From an uncultured Gammaproteobacteria bacterium (GTDB lineage: Bacteria; Pseudomonadota; Gammaproteobacteria; Competibacterales; JAHEDQ01): 64,000 nt of DNA. A program made the translations under genes and the position numbers. The stretch spans positions 98,478-162,477 of the forward strand of contig CAWAOU010000016.1 of NCBI GenBank assembly GCA_963783675.1, in the 5' to 3' direction. Shown here piece by piece: positions 8,877 to 18,385 of the stretch. Under the pieces are notes generated by a model. The model was given only the letters and a program-made list of their open reading frames with translations, did no database searches and had not been told where the DNA came from. Numbering within the stretch: position 1 is the first letter of the stretch; every line of letters begins with the position of its first letter.

Positions 8877-11479
8877 TGGGTCTCTCCTCGGACAGAGTCA
8901 TGTTGGATTGCGTCGGTTGCCGGATCGCCGGACGTGGGGGCGTCGGTGGACGCTTCGACGTCCATACGGTCGCGTATCTGTAGCAGCAGTTCCAAAGCTT
9001 CCGGGTACAGCGGCGCTTGCTCGAGCGCGGCCAGCACCTGCCGTCGAGCATCGGGGGTGTCGCCCGCGCGAAACAAAGCCTCGGCGTGACGATAGCGGGT
9101 CCCCAAGGGATCAGCCGGGTCCAGATCACCCACCGCGCCCCAGGCCTGAGCGGCGCCGCGCCAATCGCCTGCGGCGGACCGCAGTTCCGCCAAGGTCTCG
9201 TACAACGCACGATCAAAGGGTTGAATCAACAAGGCCCGTTCCAGCATGGCCCGGGCACGGTCGGCCTGACCGGTTTTTTCATACAGGGCTGCCAGATCAA
9301 GGTGGGCGTCCAGGTCGTCGGCGTCGATGGCAACGGCCAGTTCCAATTGTTCGATGGCACGATCGAATGCCTGCTGCCGGGTATACAGCGTCGCCAGAAG
9401 GCGATAGCTGCTGTCGGGCCCGGTGTGCTCCGGGAAAAGGTCCTGGGCATGCCTGAGACGTGCCTCCGCCAGGGGCGTGTCATCGGCCTCGACCGCCTCA
9501 CGCCCTTCCACCATCAGTTGGGCATATTGCCCGGACTGAACGGCGGCGGAATCCTCATCCGAACCCAGAGCCGAAAGAATGGGCGCATAGCGGGACCGCA
9601 GATACGCATCAAAGGTCTGGTCCAGGCGCTCACTCGAGAGTCCCAACACTTCCGGCAACAGTTGCTCGGTGGTCCGCCCCCAGCGATAACCGGACAACAG
9701 CCTTGCGATGGCTTCGAACCCATAACTCTGTTCAATCCAGTCCATCAGCAAAGCGCCCTGGGTGTAACCGTACAACATCTGCTCCGGAAAGCTGGGCCGG
9801 ACAAAGGCATCATTCAGCGCGCTGGCGACGGGCAGCCGCCCCTGCTGGAAAGCGGTCAGAAATCCCAGGCTGACGTCTGCGCCCCAGCCGGGTTGCGCCC
9901 TGTGTTCTTCATGTACGGACAAGCCTTCGGTGAACCAGCGTGGTACCCGTGACCGGGTCATGTCCAGATGGAAGGTATGCGCCAGTTCATGCCACAACAC
10001 GGACCCCAGGTTGAAAGCGCCGGGAGGCCGGGCCGAAGGGGAGTCCAGCACCACCACAGGTCCGAACGACACCCCAAGCAGATCGAGTCCCACCAGGCCG
10101 ACTGTGCGCACCGAAAAATCCTCATGGCGGGAGTACACCTCGATCCGGATCGGTGTCGCCGGTTGGTACCGGTAACGCTCCGCCAGGGTGTCGTATGCGC
10201 GTTCGGCGATCGGCAACAGCATCGGTGCCAGGATCGACATTTCGCGGCGGTCGGCCACCAGAATAAAACGCTCCGATTCAACCGTCTCGTACTGGTCCAT
10301 CCGATCCAGCAGATCCAGCGTGTTCTTGGTCCTCACATCAAACGGGTCGCCCCGAAACGCCACCTCGAGACTCCGCCGGCCCTGGTCAACGGCGCCGAGG
10401 CGCATCCGGTTCATACCCAGCAAGGCATGGGCGCGCCAGGCAGACGGCTGACGTCCCAGTGCCCGCACCGCGTACATGACTGCGTCGCGATAGCGTCGAT
10501 TCTGAGCTGCGATCTCGGCCAAGGTCACGTAGGCCTCGTGTTCGCCCGGGGCGATCTGGTCGATCTGCTCCACCAGCGCGGCGGAACGGTTGCCCGCACC
10601 TCGCAGAAAATGAAGCGCCGCAGCGATGGTCAGCGCCTCGGGCGACCTGGGATTGATGCGCAGTGCTTCGGCCACTTCTTGCTGAGCCTGGGAATAATCT
10701 TCCAGCTCAAGCAGGAGGCGGGCGGCAAGAACCCGTGCCGCCACCGAATGAGGCGCCACCTCCAATGCCCGTCTGGCAGCATCGATGGCACTGCGGGAAT
10801 GGTCAAAATGCTGACTGCGGGCCAGTCCAAGCAGGGCGGGCGGATAGTCCGGCTCGATTTCAAGCGCCTCGCGATAGGCATCCAGCGCCTCGGTGTTGTT
10901 ATAGCGGTCCAGCAGCAGGTCGCCCAGAGCGACCCGCGGCGCGGGATCCTCGGGCGACCGCTGCACGGCCTCTTCGTAGATATCCAGCGCTGTGGCGTAG
11001 AGCGATGCGTCCAATGGCGCCAACGCCAGGGCCGCATCGCCGACCGCCACCAACTGCGGCGCCGACAGCCCGCCGGTGGAAGACCGGTAGTCGGCCAGCA
11101 CCGACTCCAGACGCGCCGTGGCGCCATCTGAGTCGCCAAGACGGCGCTGCAGTCGGGCCGAAGCCACCTGAGCCAAGATGCGCCACTCCGAGTCGATGGC
11201 CGCGGCCTTCGAATAGGCCCCGAGAGCGGTTTCATAGGACCCGATGGCACTGTCGGCCTCACCCAGCAGATACCAAAGCCGACCCTGCTCCGGCTGGGCG
11301 ACGGCAGCGCCGGTTCCCAGCTGCGTCCGAACCGCGTCGGCCGCGTCCTTGTAGCGGCCCGCTTCCAGCAGATCACGCACCGGCACATCGGTATCACCCA
11401 TCGCGTGCAAGGGCCAACACAGCCATAGCGCCGAAAAAATCGCCGCCGCCATGGCGCGTCTCACGGTACCTCGACTCAT
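8873..11479 (-). CDS. secreted TPR-repeat protein with a central Peptidase_MA-like HExxH module
   Basis: 868-aa ORF with a signal-like N-terminus (AAAIFSALWLCWPLHAMG). It contains many A/L/Y-rich TPR-like repeats. The motif VLWHELAHTFH...PRWFTEGLSVHEE gives HExxH plus a downstream E, a gluzincin-type arrangement. Confidence 0.8.
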   Translation of the reverse strand: MSRGTVRRAMAAAIFSALWLCWPLHAMGDTDVPVRDLLEAGRYKDAADAVRTQLGTGAAVAQPEQGRLWYLLGEADSAIGSYETALGAYSKAAAIDSEWRILAQVASARLQRRLGDSDGATARLESVLADYRSSTGGLSAPQLVAVGDAALALAPLDASLYATALDIYEEAVQRSPEDPAPRVALGDLLLDRYNNTEALDAYREALEIEPDYPPALLGLARSQHFDHSRSAIDAARRALEVAPHSVAARVLAARLLLELEDYSQAQQEVAEALRINPRSPEALTIAAALHFLRGAGNRSAALVEQIDQIAPGEHEAYVTLAEIAAQNRRYRDAVMYAVRALGRQPSAWRAHALLGMNRMRLGAVDQGRRSLEVAFRGDPFDVRTKNTLDLLDRMDQYETVESERFILVADRREMSILAPMLLPIAERAYDTLAERYRYQPATPIRIEVYSRHEDFSVRTVGLVGLDLLGVSFGPVVVLDSPSARPPGAFNLGSVLWHELAHTFHLDMTRSRVPRWFTEGLSVHEEHRAQPGWGADVSLGFLTAFQQGRLPVASALNDAFVRPSFPEQMLYGYTQGALLMDWIEQSYGFEAIARLLSGYRWGRTTEQLLPEVLGLSSERLDQTFDAYLRSRYAPILSALGSDEDSAAVQSGQYAQLMVEGREAVEADDTPLAEARLRHAQDLFPEHTGPDSSYRLLATLYTRQQAFDRAIEQLELAVAIDADDLDAHLDLAALYEKTGQADRARAMLERALLIQPFDRALYETLAELRSAAGDWRGAAQAWGAVGDLDPADPLGTRYRHAEALFRAGDTPDARRQVLAALEQAPLYPEALELLLQIRDRMDVEASTDAPTSGDPATDAIQHDSVRGETQ

Positions 11480-12501
11480 GGCAGACGCCCCTGACGATGG
11501 GCTCGGCGATTGAGCGCCAGTTCCACCAACAGCGCCTCCAGACGTGTCTCGTAGTCGGATTGCGCCAGGCCGAGTTTGCGCCGTTTCAAACCTTCGATTC
11601 GGTCAACCAACCGCCGCGCCTCCACCTGCAGGGCCAGGCTGGCCCGACCCTGGGCCGTGGACGGATCCCCCGTGTCCGCCGCGGCCAGGTAAAAGCGCCC
11701 GGCCAACGAACCGTCTGCCGCAGCGGCACCGGGTTCCCGGCTTCCGATGCCGTCACCGTTGTCGTCGAGCTGTGCATGTTCGCTGAGCAGGCGATGGTCC
11801 AACCGGTAGGCGCGATCCACTTCCCGTCGGGCATAGTCGAACGCCTCCAGCAGTGAGACCCGCTCATCCTTGTCCGCGTCGGCACCGGGCTCGGCGAAGG
11901 CATCGACGAAATGCGCCGCAAACAGGGTGTGCTGATTCTCTGCGCCGCCGGAGGTGGCGGCGATGACCACTCGATTGGGGGCCGAAAGGTATTGAACGAA
12001 TGCACCGCTACTGGGTGTGGTGTTGACCACCGCCAATGTCCGGTCGGACAGGCGCCCCAGCGCGTCGGCGAGTTCCTTGGCCGAGAGATCCGGCCCAGGC
12101 ACATTGAACAGCACCCGGTCGCCCCGCGCGGTGCCATGCCCGATCAGGACAATCATCACCCGGTCACCTGGCCTTGAGCGGGCCGCAATACGCTCAACGG
12201 CGGCCAGAACTGTGGCTTTATCCGATACCCCGGCGATGACCCCCGGCGCCCGATCCATGCGCTCGCCCAGGTAGACCACGTGCTCCCGAGCAAACCCCAG
12301 GTGCTCGGTGGCCACCTGTGTCAGGGTGGCGGCCCACCGGTGAAACAGATCGCCGTAGTAGTCCTCACCGCCTACGCCGGTGATCACCAGCAGGTGGGTT
12401 TGCGGCCGTTCCTGAGCGACCACTGCTGGGCCCGCGCAGATCAGGACCAGGCTGAGCAAACCGGCAGCCATTCCGACGGTTGAGCGACAATAACCGCTCA
12501 T
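11476..12501 (-). CDS. legumain (peptidase C13)-fold protein lacking the catalytic Cys
   Basis: The ORF track starts it at 12582. I prefer the ATG at 12501..12499, which forms an ATGA overlap with the upstream stop and gives a signal-like N-terminus (MSGYCRSTVGMAAGLLSLVLICAGPAVVAQ). VMIVLIGHGTARGDRVLF...DLSAKEL...LAVVNTTPSSGAF...VVIAATSGGAENQ aligns by eye to the legumain His-Gly and Cys blocks. There is no Cys after the signal peptide. Confidence 0.6.
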   Translation of the reverse strand: MSGYCRSTVGMAAGLLSLVLICAGPAVVAQERPQTHLLVITGVGGEDYYGDLFHRWAATLTQVATEHLGFAREHVVYLGERMDRAPGVIAGVSDKATVLAAVERIAARSRPGDRVMIVLIGHGTARGDRVLFNVPGPDLSAKELADALGRLSDRTLAVVNTTPSSGAFVQYLSAPNRVVIAATSGGAENQHTLFAAHFVDAFAEPGADADKDERVSLLEAFDYARREVDRAYRLDHRLLSEHAQLDDNGDGIGSREPGAAAADGSLAGRFYLAAADTGDPSTAQGRASLALQVEARRLVDRIEGLKRRKLGLAQSDYETRLEALLVELALNRRAHRQGRLP

Positions 12502-14750
12502 GCTAAGGCACACCGTCTGCGGTAAACCCATTCCGCGCAGGCGAGACCCAGCAGCAACAGCAGCAGCAAAGGCATGTCCCACACCGGCAGGCGATCACGC
12601 ACCGGCCGGGTGGCCAGGGTTTCGTCGATGCCCTCCACCAATGAGCCGGCGTCGTCCGCGGGGTAGTAGCGCCCGCCGGTGCGCTGAGCGATGCCCGCGA
12701 GCGCCCGGTCGTTGAACGCGCCGTTCCAGAATTCATCTCCATCGGGGCTGACATCAACGTACGAGCGCGCCGCGGGCACCGAGTTGTCCAGCGCGCCAAC
12801 CACCCACTCGTATCGGCCTATTTCGTTCATCGGCGCAGCGACCGTGTAGACACCCGTCTCATCGGCGCTGGGCACCAGAGGATACCGGCTGACGCGTCCC
12901 AGAGGATCGGTCAGAGTTGCCTCCAGATCGGCGCCGTCCAGGGGAAGATAGCGTTCGTCCCGAGCCACCACCACCAGGTCGACGGACTCCCCCGGCACCG
13001 CCCTGGACGGGCCGGCCTCAACCTCGATACGGGCCGCGGCGGGTCGGGCAAGGCCACGCAGCAGATGTCGCCAAAAAGTTTCATGGGTGTGGTCGGTCAA
13101 CGGCATATCGACCTGCATTTGCCAGCGCCAGGTGTTCTGCACCGCCAGCGCGGCGCTGGTGCCCCGGCCGTAGCGCTGGGTGGCCAGTAGAACCAGCGGC
13201 TCACCGGCCTGATCCAGCCCCTCGAGCAGCACCGTCGCACCGGGCTTGGCGGCCCGCAGCGGGTTGACCACGGTCAGTGGGGGTAGCCGATCCCAGGGTT
13301 CGGCGCCCGATTCAGAGCCGATGCTCAACAATACGTCACGCAGGCCCGCCGGGGTCGGCCGCACCCGCACCTGCTGTCGAAACCCAGTGGCGTCGGTGGA
13401 CAACACCACCGGCATCACCCCGGCCAGCGCAGTCGAGCCATGTCCGCCTTCGGCAAAGGCGTGCCGGCCGCCAAGAAACAATACACCGCCCCCGCGCCGC
13501 TCCACGAATGCGCGGATAGCCGCCTGCTGATCGACGCTGAGCAACGCTGCCTCCACGCTGCCGATGACCAGTGCATCGTACCGAAACAGCTCAGACTCGT
13601 CGGAGGGAAATCCCTGAGCCAATTCGGAGCCATCTTCCACCCCGAGGCGGTAGTATTTGTTCTCGGCGGTACGCACCAGGGAAACCAGCCGGATATTGTC
13701 GTCCTCTGATACCGCGCGGCGGAGGAACTTGACCTCGAAGCGCGGCTCACCTTCGAAATGGAGTACGTTAATCGGTTGGTCCCGGACTTCGACCGTTCTT
13801 TGCAGCCGATTATTTTCGCTAACGATTTCCTCTGAAAGAACATCGGCGCGGAACACGACCTCCCTCGGGCCCGGGGTGTCCAAAATCAACGGCAGCGACA
13901 CCCGAAACCGTTCCCGGTCGGCCGGCAGCACCAGGTTTTGTTCGTGCACGATGGCGCTGTCCACCTCGACCACCAAACGTGCCTGACGTCCCGCCAAACC
14001 CTGATGGCGCAACAGCAGCGTCGCCTCGAGGGCATCGCCGCGAAGCACGGAATCGGGCAGACGGACCTCATCCAGCTGCAGATCGGTTCCGGCCCGGGTC
14101 TCACCCACACCCACCGTGTGGACGGCCACCCCGGCGGCGCGCATTTCAAACAGAGCGCGCTCCAACTCGGGACCGGATTGGAAACCCCCGTCGGAAACCA
14201 GCACCACGGCTGAGACCGGCCGCGCGGTCACCCCGCGCAGCAGTCGGGTGAGCCCCGCCGCAAGATCGCTGCGGGCGCCGGAGAAGCTCAAATCAGTCCC
14301 CGCCGGCAGGTCCTCAACACGATCCGAGAAGCCCAGATAGCGTACGTCGTAGCGCGTCTCCAACGCGGCCGACACGCGGCCCGTACCGGGTGCGAAATCC
14401 TGCATCGCCTGGTCTGCACGGGTGTTCCCGCCGCCCCCGGGAAGGTTCATGCTGAGGGAGTCGTCCAGCAGAACCGCAACCGATCCCGGCACAGGCTGCT
14501 CGGTCTCTACCACAACAGTGGGCCGCAGCAGCACCAACAGCAAAAGACCGAGCAGGGCGGTGCGCAGCCCCCACAGCACGGCCCGATCCGAGCGCCCGAG
14601 TCGCGCCCCGAAATGGGCATAGCCCAGGACCCAGGCCACCATTACAGCCAATATACCCACGGCCAGAACATAGCCCCAGGCGGGCCAGGCGAGTTCCCAC
14701 GCGCCCCGCCAGAGCACATCGGGATCGTACTTGAACAACCATTCCAGCAC
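12498..14750 (-). CDS. membrane protein with a VWA-like domain and a class-I glutamine-amidotransferase-like domain (BatB-like)
   Basis: 750-aa ORF with N-terminal TM helices. VWA-like strings are GSVAVLLDDSLSM and VSAVVLVSDGGFQSG. The stretch RYDALVIGSVEAALLSVDQQAAIRAFVERRGGGVLFLGG resembles a GATase1-like module. Confidence 0.75.
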   Translation of the reverse strand: MLEWLFKYDPDVLWRGAWELAWPAWGYVLAVGILAVMVAWVLGYAHFGARLGRSDRAVLWGLRTALLGLLLLVLLRPTVVVETEQPVPGSVAVLLDDSLSMNLPGGGGNTRADQAMQDFAPGTGRVSAALETRYDVRYLGFSDRVEDLPAGTDLSFSGARSDLAAGLTRLLRGVTARPVSAVVLVSDGGFQSGPELERALFEMRAAGVAVHTVGVGETRAGTDLQLDEVRLPDSVLRGDALEATLLLRHQGLAGRQARLVVEVDSAIVHEQNLVLPADRERFRVSLPLILDTPGPREVVFRADVLSEEIVSENNRLQRTVEVRDQPINVLHFEGEPRFEVKFLRRAVSEDDNIRLVSLVRTAENKYYRLGVEDGSELAQGFPSDESELFRYDALVIGSVEAALLSVDQQAAIRAFVERRGGGVLFLGGRHAFAEGGHGSTALAGVMPVVLSTDATGFRQQVRVRPTPAGLRDVLLSIGSESGAEPWDRLPPLTVVNPLRAAKPGATVLLEGLDQAGEPLVLLATQRYGRGTSAALAVQNTWRWQMQVDMPLTDHTHETFWRHLLRGLARPAAARIEVEAGPSRAVPGESVDLVVVARDERYLPLDGADLEATLTDPLGRVSRYPLVPSADETGVYTVAAPMNEIGRYEWVVGALDNSVPAARSYVDVSPDGDEFWNGAFNDRALAGIAQRTGGRYYPADDAGSLVEGIDETLATRPVRDRLPVWDMPLLLLLLLGLACAEWVYRRRCALA

Positions 14751-14764
14751 CGTGTGGGCCGCTC

Positions 14765-15526
14765 TCAGTAGCTCATGGCATAGACCACAAAATTGATCCC
14801 GATCTCATAGGCATAGGTGGAGTAGCGAAGTGGGTAATAGGGCACATCCGCCCACTCCCAGGCGTCGCCCAGATCCGTGTTCCAGTTAATCAGAACCATG
14901 AGCCGCCCGTGTTCGTCGAAGATACCTCGAACATGGGGTACGCGCCCGTCGAACTCATGGGTCGGCCCTCCGGACGCCTGATGGACATTTGGCACCTGAA
15001 GAATCGTGTCGATGTCGTAAAAAGCGTGGTAGACCGGATGATCCAGAGGCACATCGACGATACGGTACTCGGGAAACACAACGCGCATTTGACGCTCGAA
15101 CGTGGTCCAGGCCCAGGATCCCCAGAAATCGTCGATGACCAGAAAACCTCCGGCCAATAGATATTCACGCAGAGACTTCGCCTGGTCGGCATCCATGGAC
15201 AGGGAGTCCACTTCCACCATGTAGAGCAGTGGAAAATCCCGGAGCGCGGGGTCATCGATGCTGAGCGCGTGATGGGACTCGAAGGCGTCCACCAAGGTTA
15301 AACGCCTCAGCGCAACCAGGAACTGCTCGTCGGCCTTGGGGAAATCGACCGCCCACCGAGGTCCCCAGTCATCGCCGCTGCCGCCATCCATTCCGTAGAT
15401 TCCGCGGGTGAAGTAGAACTCGTGATCCAACAGTTGGGCCGATGTCCCGTCCGCCTGCGCCGATGCACCCAGGGGCATCGCAATAAGCGACAGGGCGGCG
15501 AGCAATCGAGACAGGCGTATTCTCAT
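14765..15526 (-). CDS. DUF4159 domain protein (secreted); first gene of the MoxR operon
   Basis: I prefer the start at ATG 15526 (MRIRLSRLLAALSLIAMPLGASAQA, with GGGGA about 8 nt upstream). FPLLYMVEVDSLSMDADQAKSLREYLLAGGFLVIDDFWG matches the DUF4159 pattern as I remember it. Confidence 0.75.
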   Translation of the reverse strand: MRIRLSRLLAALSLIAMPLGASAQADGTSAQLLDHEFYFTRGIYGMDGGSGDDWGPRWAVDFPKADEQFLVALRRLTLVDAFESHHALSIDDPALRDFPLLYMVEVDSLSMDADQAKSLREYLLAGGFLVIDDFWGSWAWTTFERQMRVVFPEYRIVDVPLDHPVYHAFYDIDTILQVPNVHQASGGPTHEFDGRVPHVRGIFDEHGRLMVLINWNTDLGDAWEWADVPYYPLRYSTYAYEIGINFVVYAMSY

Positions 15527-15669
15527 GAGACGATCCCCGCGGGCCTGTGACTGGTGCATGGATTCAATCCGATCCGCTCGCCAAGTATGCGCCAGAGTGC
15601 CCTCAAGCCCATGGCCCGAGGTGAGCGAACAGGGCCGCTATCTTATTGACCCAAAGGGCGGCACCGGGT

Positions 15670-16236
15670 TCAGTTCCCGTTCAGCGGCCGCATCACCAGT
15701 TCCACACCCCCCAACAACACCGGGGAACCCTCCATATGAACTTCCTCCAATGACACCGCCAGATCATCGTGGGCGGCTTCATCCAGATACGGATCACCCT
15801 TGAACAGGATGCGGGTGGGAAGCGGCGCATAGTCTGGGTGCATAACGACCACGTGTATGTGCTTTGCGCCCCAGTACTGCCCCGGCAGGGCCGTGGTCAA
15901 CCGGAAACCACCGTCTTCACCACTCTGGAAGGTCGCCCGGTAGCGGTCATCGTGATACGCACCGGCGCCATCGGCCTGCCAGACCTGTAGCTGTGCGCCG
16001 GCAATGGGTTGTCCCGTGCTGGCCAGCACCCGCCCCCTCAGGTGCAAACGCTGACCCGGATCGCCGGGTGCCCACAAGCGGGTTGTCGCCTGAGCGTCGG
16101 ATGAATACTCGGGCCCGAGCGCCGTCTCGGGGGTGGGCTCCAGCGACTGTTGAGCCGCCGACGCGTTCCAGGCAAGACAAAAAATGATCAGTCCCATGTG
16201 CAGGCGCAGTCCAACGGGCAAACGGGTCATGTGCAT
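15670..16236 (-). CDS. intradiol ring-cleavage dioxygenase-like protein (secreted)
   Basis: 188-aa ORF with a signal-like N-terminus. LHLRGRVLASTGQPIAGAQLQVWQADGAGAYHDDRY and GAKHIHVVV...TRILFKGDPYL resemble the intradiol dioxygenase core. Confidence 0.7.
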   Translation of the reverse strand: MHMTRLPVGLRLHMGLIIFCLAWNASAAQQSLEPTPETALGPEYSSDAQATTRLWAPGDPGQRLHLRGRVLASTGQPIAGAQLQVWQADGAGAYHDDRYRATFQSGEDGGFRLTTALPGQYWGAKHIHVVVMHPDYAPLPTRILFKGDPYLDEAAHDDLAVSLEEVHMEGSPVLLGGVELVMRPLNGN

Positions 16237-16490
16237 ACTGGAATCTCCGAATCTGTGGTATGCGAGTGGCCGTCCCGCGCACGAGTACCATACCTGGCCA
16301 GTACGGGCGGCGTGTCAGCGCTTTGGCGATACTCAATTCATCAATATAGATCGTGACGGGTGAATCCGGTGCCCCCAATTACAAGATCGCAACATTGGAC
16401 AGCACCTGCCCATGGTCTATACCCATAGTTGAGGAAAGCGCTGTCCAGCGCGCGGTCGCGCCGGCGTCTTCAGGGAGCATGGAGAGAACG

Positions 16491-17477
16491 ATGAGCCTGC
16501 ATGACCTTGCCCACGACCCACTGCTGGTTCGAATACTGACCCATCCGGATCACGATTCCGACCTCTGGCGTAAAGATTTCGGGCGATTCATGCAAGGCGA
16601 TTTATCCTTGACCCGGCGTTCCGCCAGTGAGTCGGCGGTGATCGCCATACAACGTCTTATGATCTTTCTGGGTCACTCCACCGCCTCCAGCGGTGCTTTT
16701 TCCGTGGACGGCGACTTTGGCCGCGGCACCAACCGTGGAATCGCACAATTTCGGCTGGAGCACGGTCTCAGCACAGCCATCAGCAGGAGCCAGTTGTGCT
16801 ACCCCTGCCGATGGAACACGGCGAGAAATCTGATTGCCTCGGTACCGGAGGCCCGGCTGACCCCGGCGGTACTTGAGGCCATGGCGAACGAGGCCCTCAA
16901 ACGGTGCGAGTCCGGCCACATCATGGCCGGTGATGTGGAAGATGCGCTGTTTCATCTGAACGCACTGCAAAAACGCCAGTTTCTGACGTGCCGGAACATT
17001 GCAGAGCGCTACGCCGAAGACGCGCGCAGGGCCTGTGACCGGGTGCAGGAACAGAGTGGGGTCAAGGTGCTGCCGATCTGGGTGCTGTCCATCATTCGGC
17101 AGGAAACCGCCGGGGTCATGCGACCCCGCTTCGAACAGCATTATCTGACCCGGCTCAACGGCCGGAACCCAAACTCCGATCTGAGCGAAATCCGGATGCA
17201 GTCCATGAGCCTCGGACTGGGTCAGATCATGGGCGCCAATTACAAGCAGGTGGGCGCCGAGAGCGCCCATGAACTGTTCACCGCACCCAGTGATCAGCAG
17301 ATCGAATTCGTCGCTCGTTTTCTCAAACCCCGCGCCGACACCGTGGCCCGAAGCCATCCAACGGAAGCGGATTTCAGACGCGTTTCCAGGTTCTACAACG
17401 GCCCGAAGTATGAGGCGCACCACTACCACGAATCCCTGGCACGGTGGTTCAGTGAGTATCGCTCACTGGGGGTTTGA
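16491..17477 (+). CDS. peptidoglycan-binding domain + N-acetylmuramidase (DUF3380-type) protein
   Basis: The frame is open from 16353. I prefer the ATG at 16491, with GGAGA 5 nt upstream. AIQRLMIFLGHSTASSGAFSVDGDFGRGTNRGIAQFRLEHGL looks like PG_binding_1. RVSRFYNGPKYEAHHYHESLARWF looks like the muramidase C-terminal signature. Confidence 0.75.
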   Translation: MSLHDLAHDPLLVRILTHPDHDSDLWRKDFGRFMQGDLSLTRRSASESAVIAIQRLMIFLGHSTASSGAFSVDGDFGRGTNRGIAQFRLEHGLSTAISRSQLCYPCRWNTARNLIASVPEARLTPAVLEAMANEALKRCESGHIMAGDVEDALFHLNALQKRQFLTCRNIAERYAEDARRACDRVQEQSGVKVLPIWVLSIIRQETAGVMRPRFEQHYLTRLNGRNPNSDLSEIRMQSMSLGLGQIMGANYKQVGAESAHELFTAPSDQQIEFVARFLKPRADTVARSHPTEADFRRVSRFYNGPKYEAHHYHESLARWFSEYRSLGV

Positions 17478-17560
17478 ACAGGACTGGCAGGAGGGCGAAC
17501 GGACCTCACCGACTCTGTTTGACTCTGTGCGAATGACCCAGACCCGCACGGGAATCCCGC

Positions 17561-18385
17561 TCAGGGGCTTCGATACCGACGTCTGCGACTTTGCAACGCC
17601 TGGGCGACGAACAAGAGTGTGAGGGACACAGCCAGAACGACGCTGGCGATGGCATTGATCTCCGGTGTCACGCCCCTACGGATGGATGAAAAAACATAAA
17701 TCGGGAGTGTGGTGTCGGCGCCGGCCACGAAAAACGCAATCACGAAATCGTCAAAGCTGAAGGTGAAGCTGAGCAGAAAGCCCGACATCACCGCAGGGAA
17801 AATCTGGGGCAGCGTGATCTGAAAAAAGGTCCGCATGGGTGGCGCATAGAGATCCGAGGACGCTTCGATCAGCGATCGGTCCATGTCCTGAATCCGGGTG
17901 CGCACGATGACAATGACCAGGGCCATGGTAAACAGGGTATGGGCGGCGATCACCGTGCCGGTGCCAAGCCTCAGACGGGGCGCCTGGCCGAGGTTCGCCG
18001 GCCAGGCGGCCGCCAGTAGCGGATTGACCGCATCGAACACGGTGACCAATGCCACCAGGGTGGCAATGCCGATGACAATGCCGGGTATGATGATGGCGGT
18101 GTAGGTCAGGCCGTCGAACATCAACCTCAGCACGCCACGCACCCGCTGCAGCGCCAGGGCCGCCATGGTGCCCATCACGGTGGCCAGCACCGCGGTGCAC
18201 AGCGCGATAAGCAGGCTGTTGATCAACGCCTCCATCATGAACGGGTTGCCGAACGCCCGCCCATACCAGCTTGCGGAACAGCAGCTGAAGTCGCTTGCAT
18301 GACGCCCCGCGTTGAAGCTGAACAGCACGATCAGGGCGATGGGCCCGTATAGAAACACATAGATGACCGCTGCATAGACCCGCAT
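17561..18385 (-). CDS. ABC transporter permease (PotC-like, polyamine-type)
   Basis: 274-aa ORF with about six hydrophobic segments and the EAA-loop IEASSDLYAPPMRTFFQITLPQIFPAVMSG. Its start overlaps the upstream permease stop by 1 nt. Confidence 0.9.
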   Translation of the reverse strand: MRVYAAVIYVFLYGPIALIVLFSFNAGRHASDFSCCSASWYGRAFGNPFMMEALINSLLIALCTAVLATVMGTMAALALQRVRGVLRLMFDGLTYTAIIIPGIVIGIATLVALVTVFDAVNPLLAAAWPANLGQAPRLRLGTGTVIAAHTLFTMALVIVIVRTRIQDMDRSLIEASSDLYAPPMRTFFQITLPQIFPAVMSGFLLSFTFSFDDFVIAFFVAGADTTLPIYVFSSIRRGVTPEINAIASVVLAVSLTLLFVAQALQSRRRRYRSP

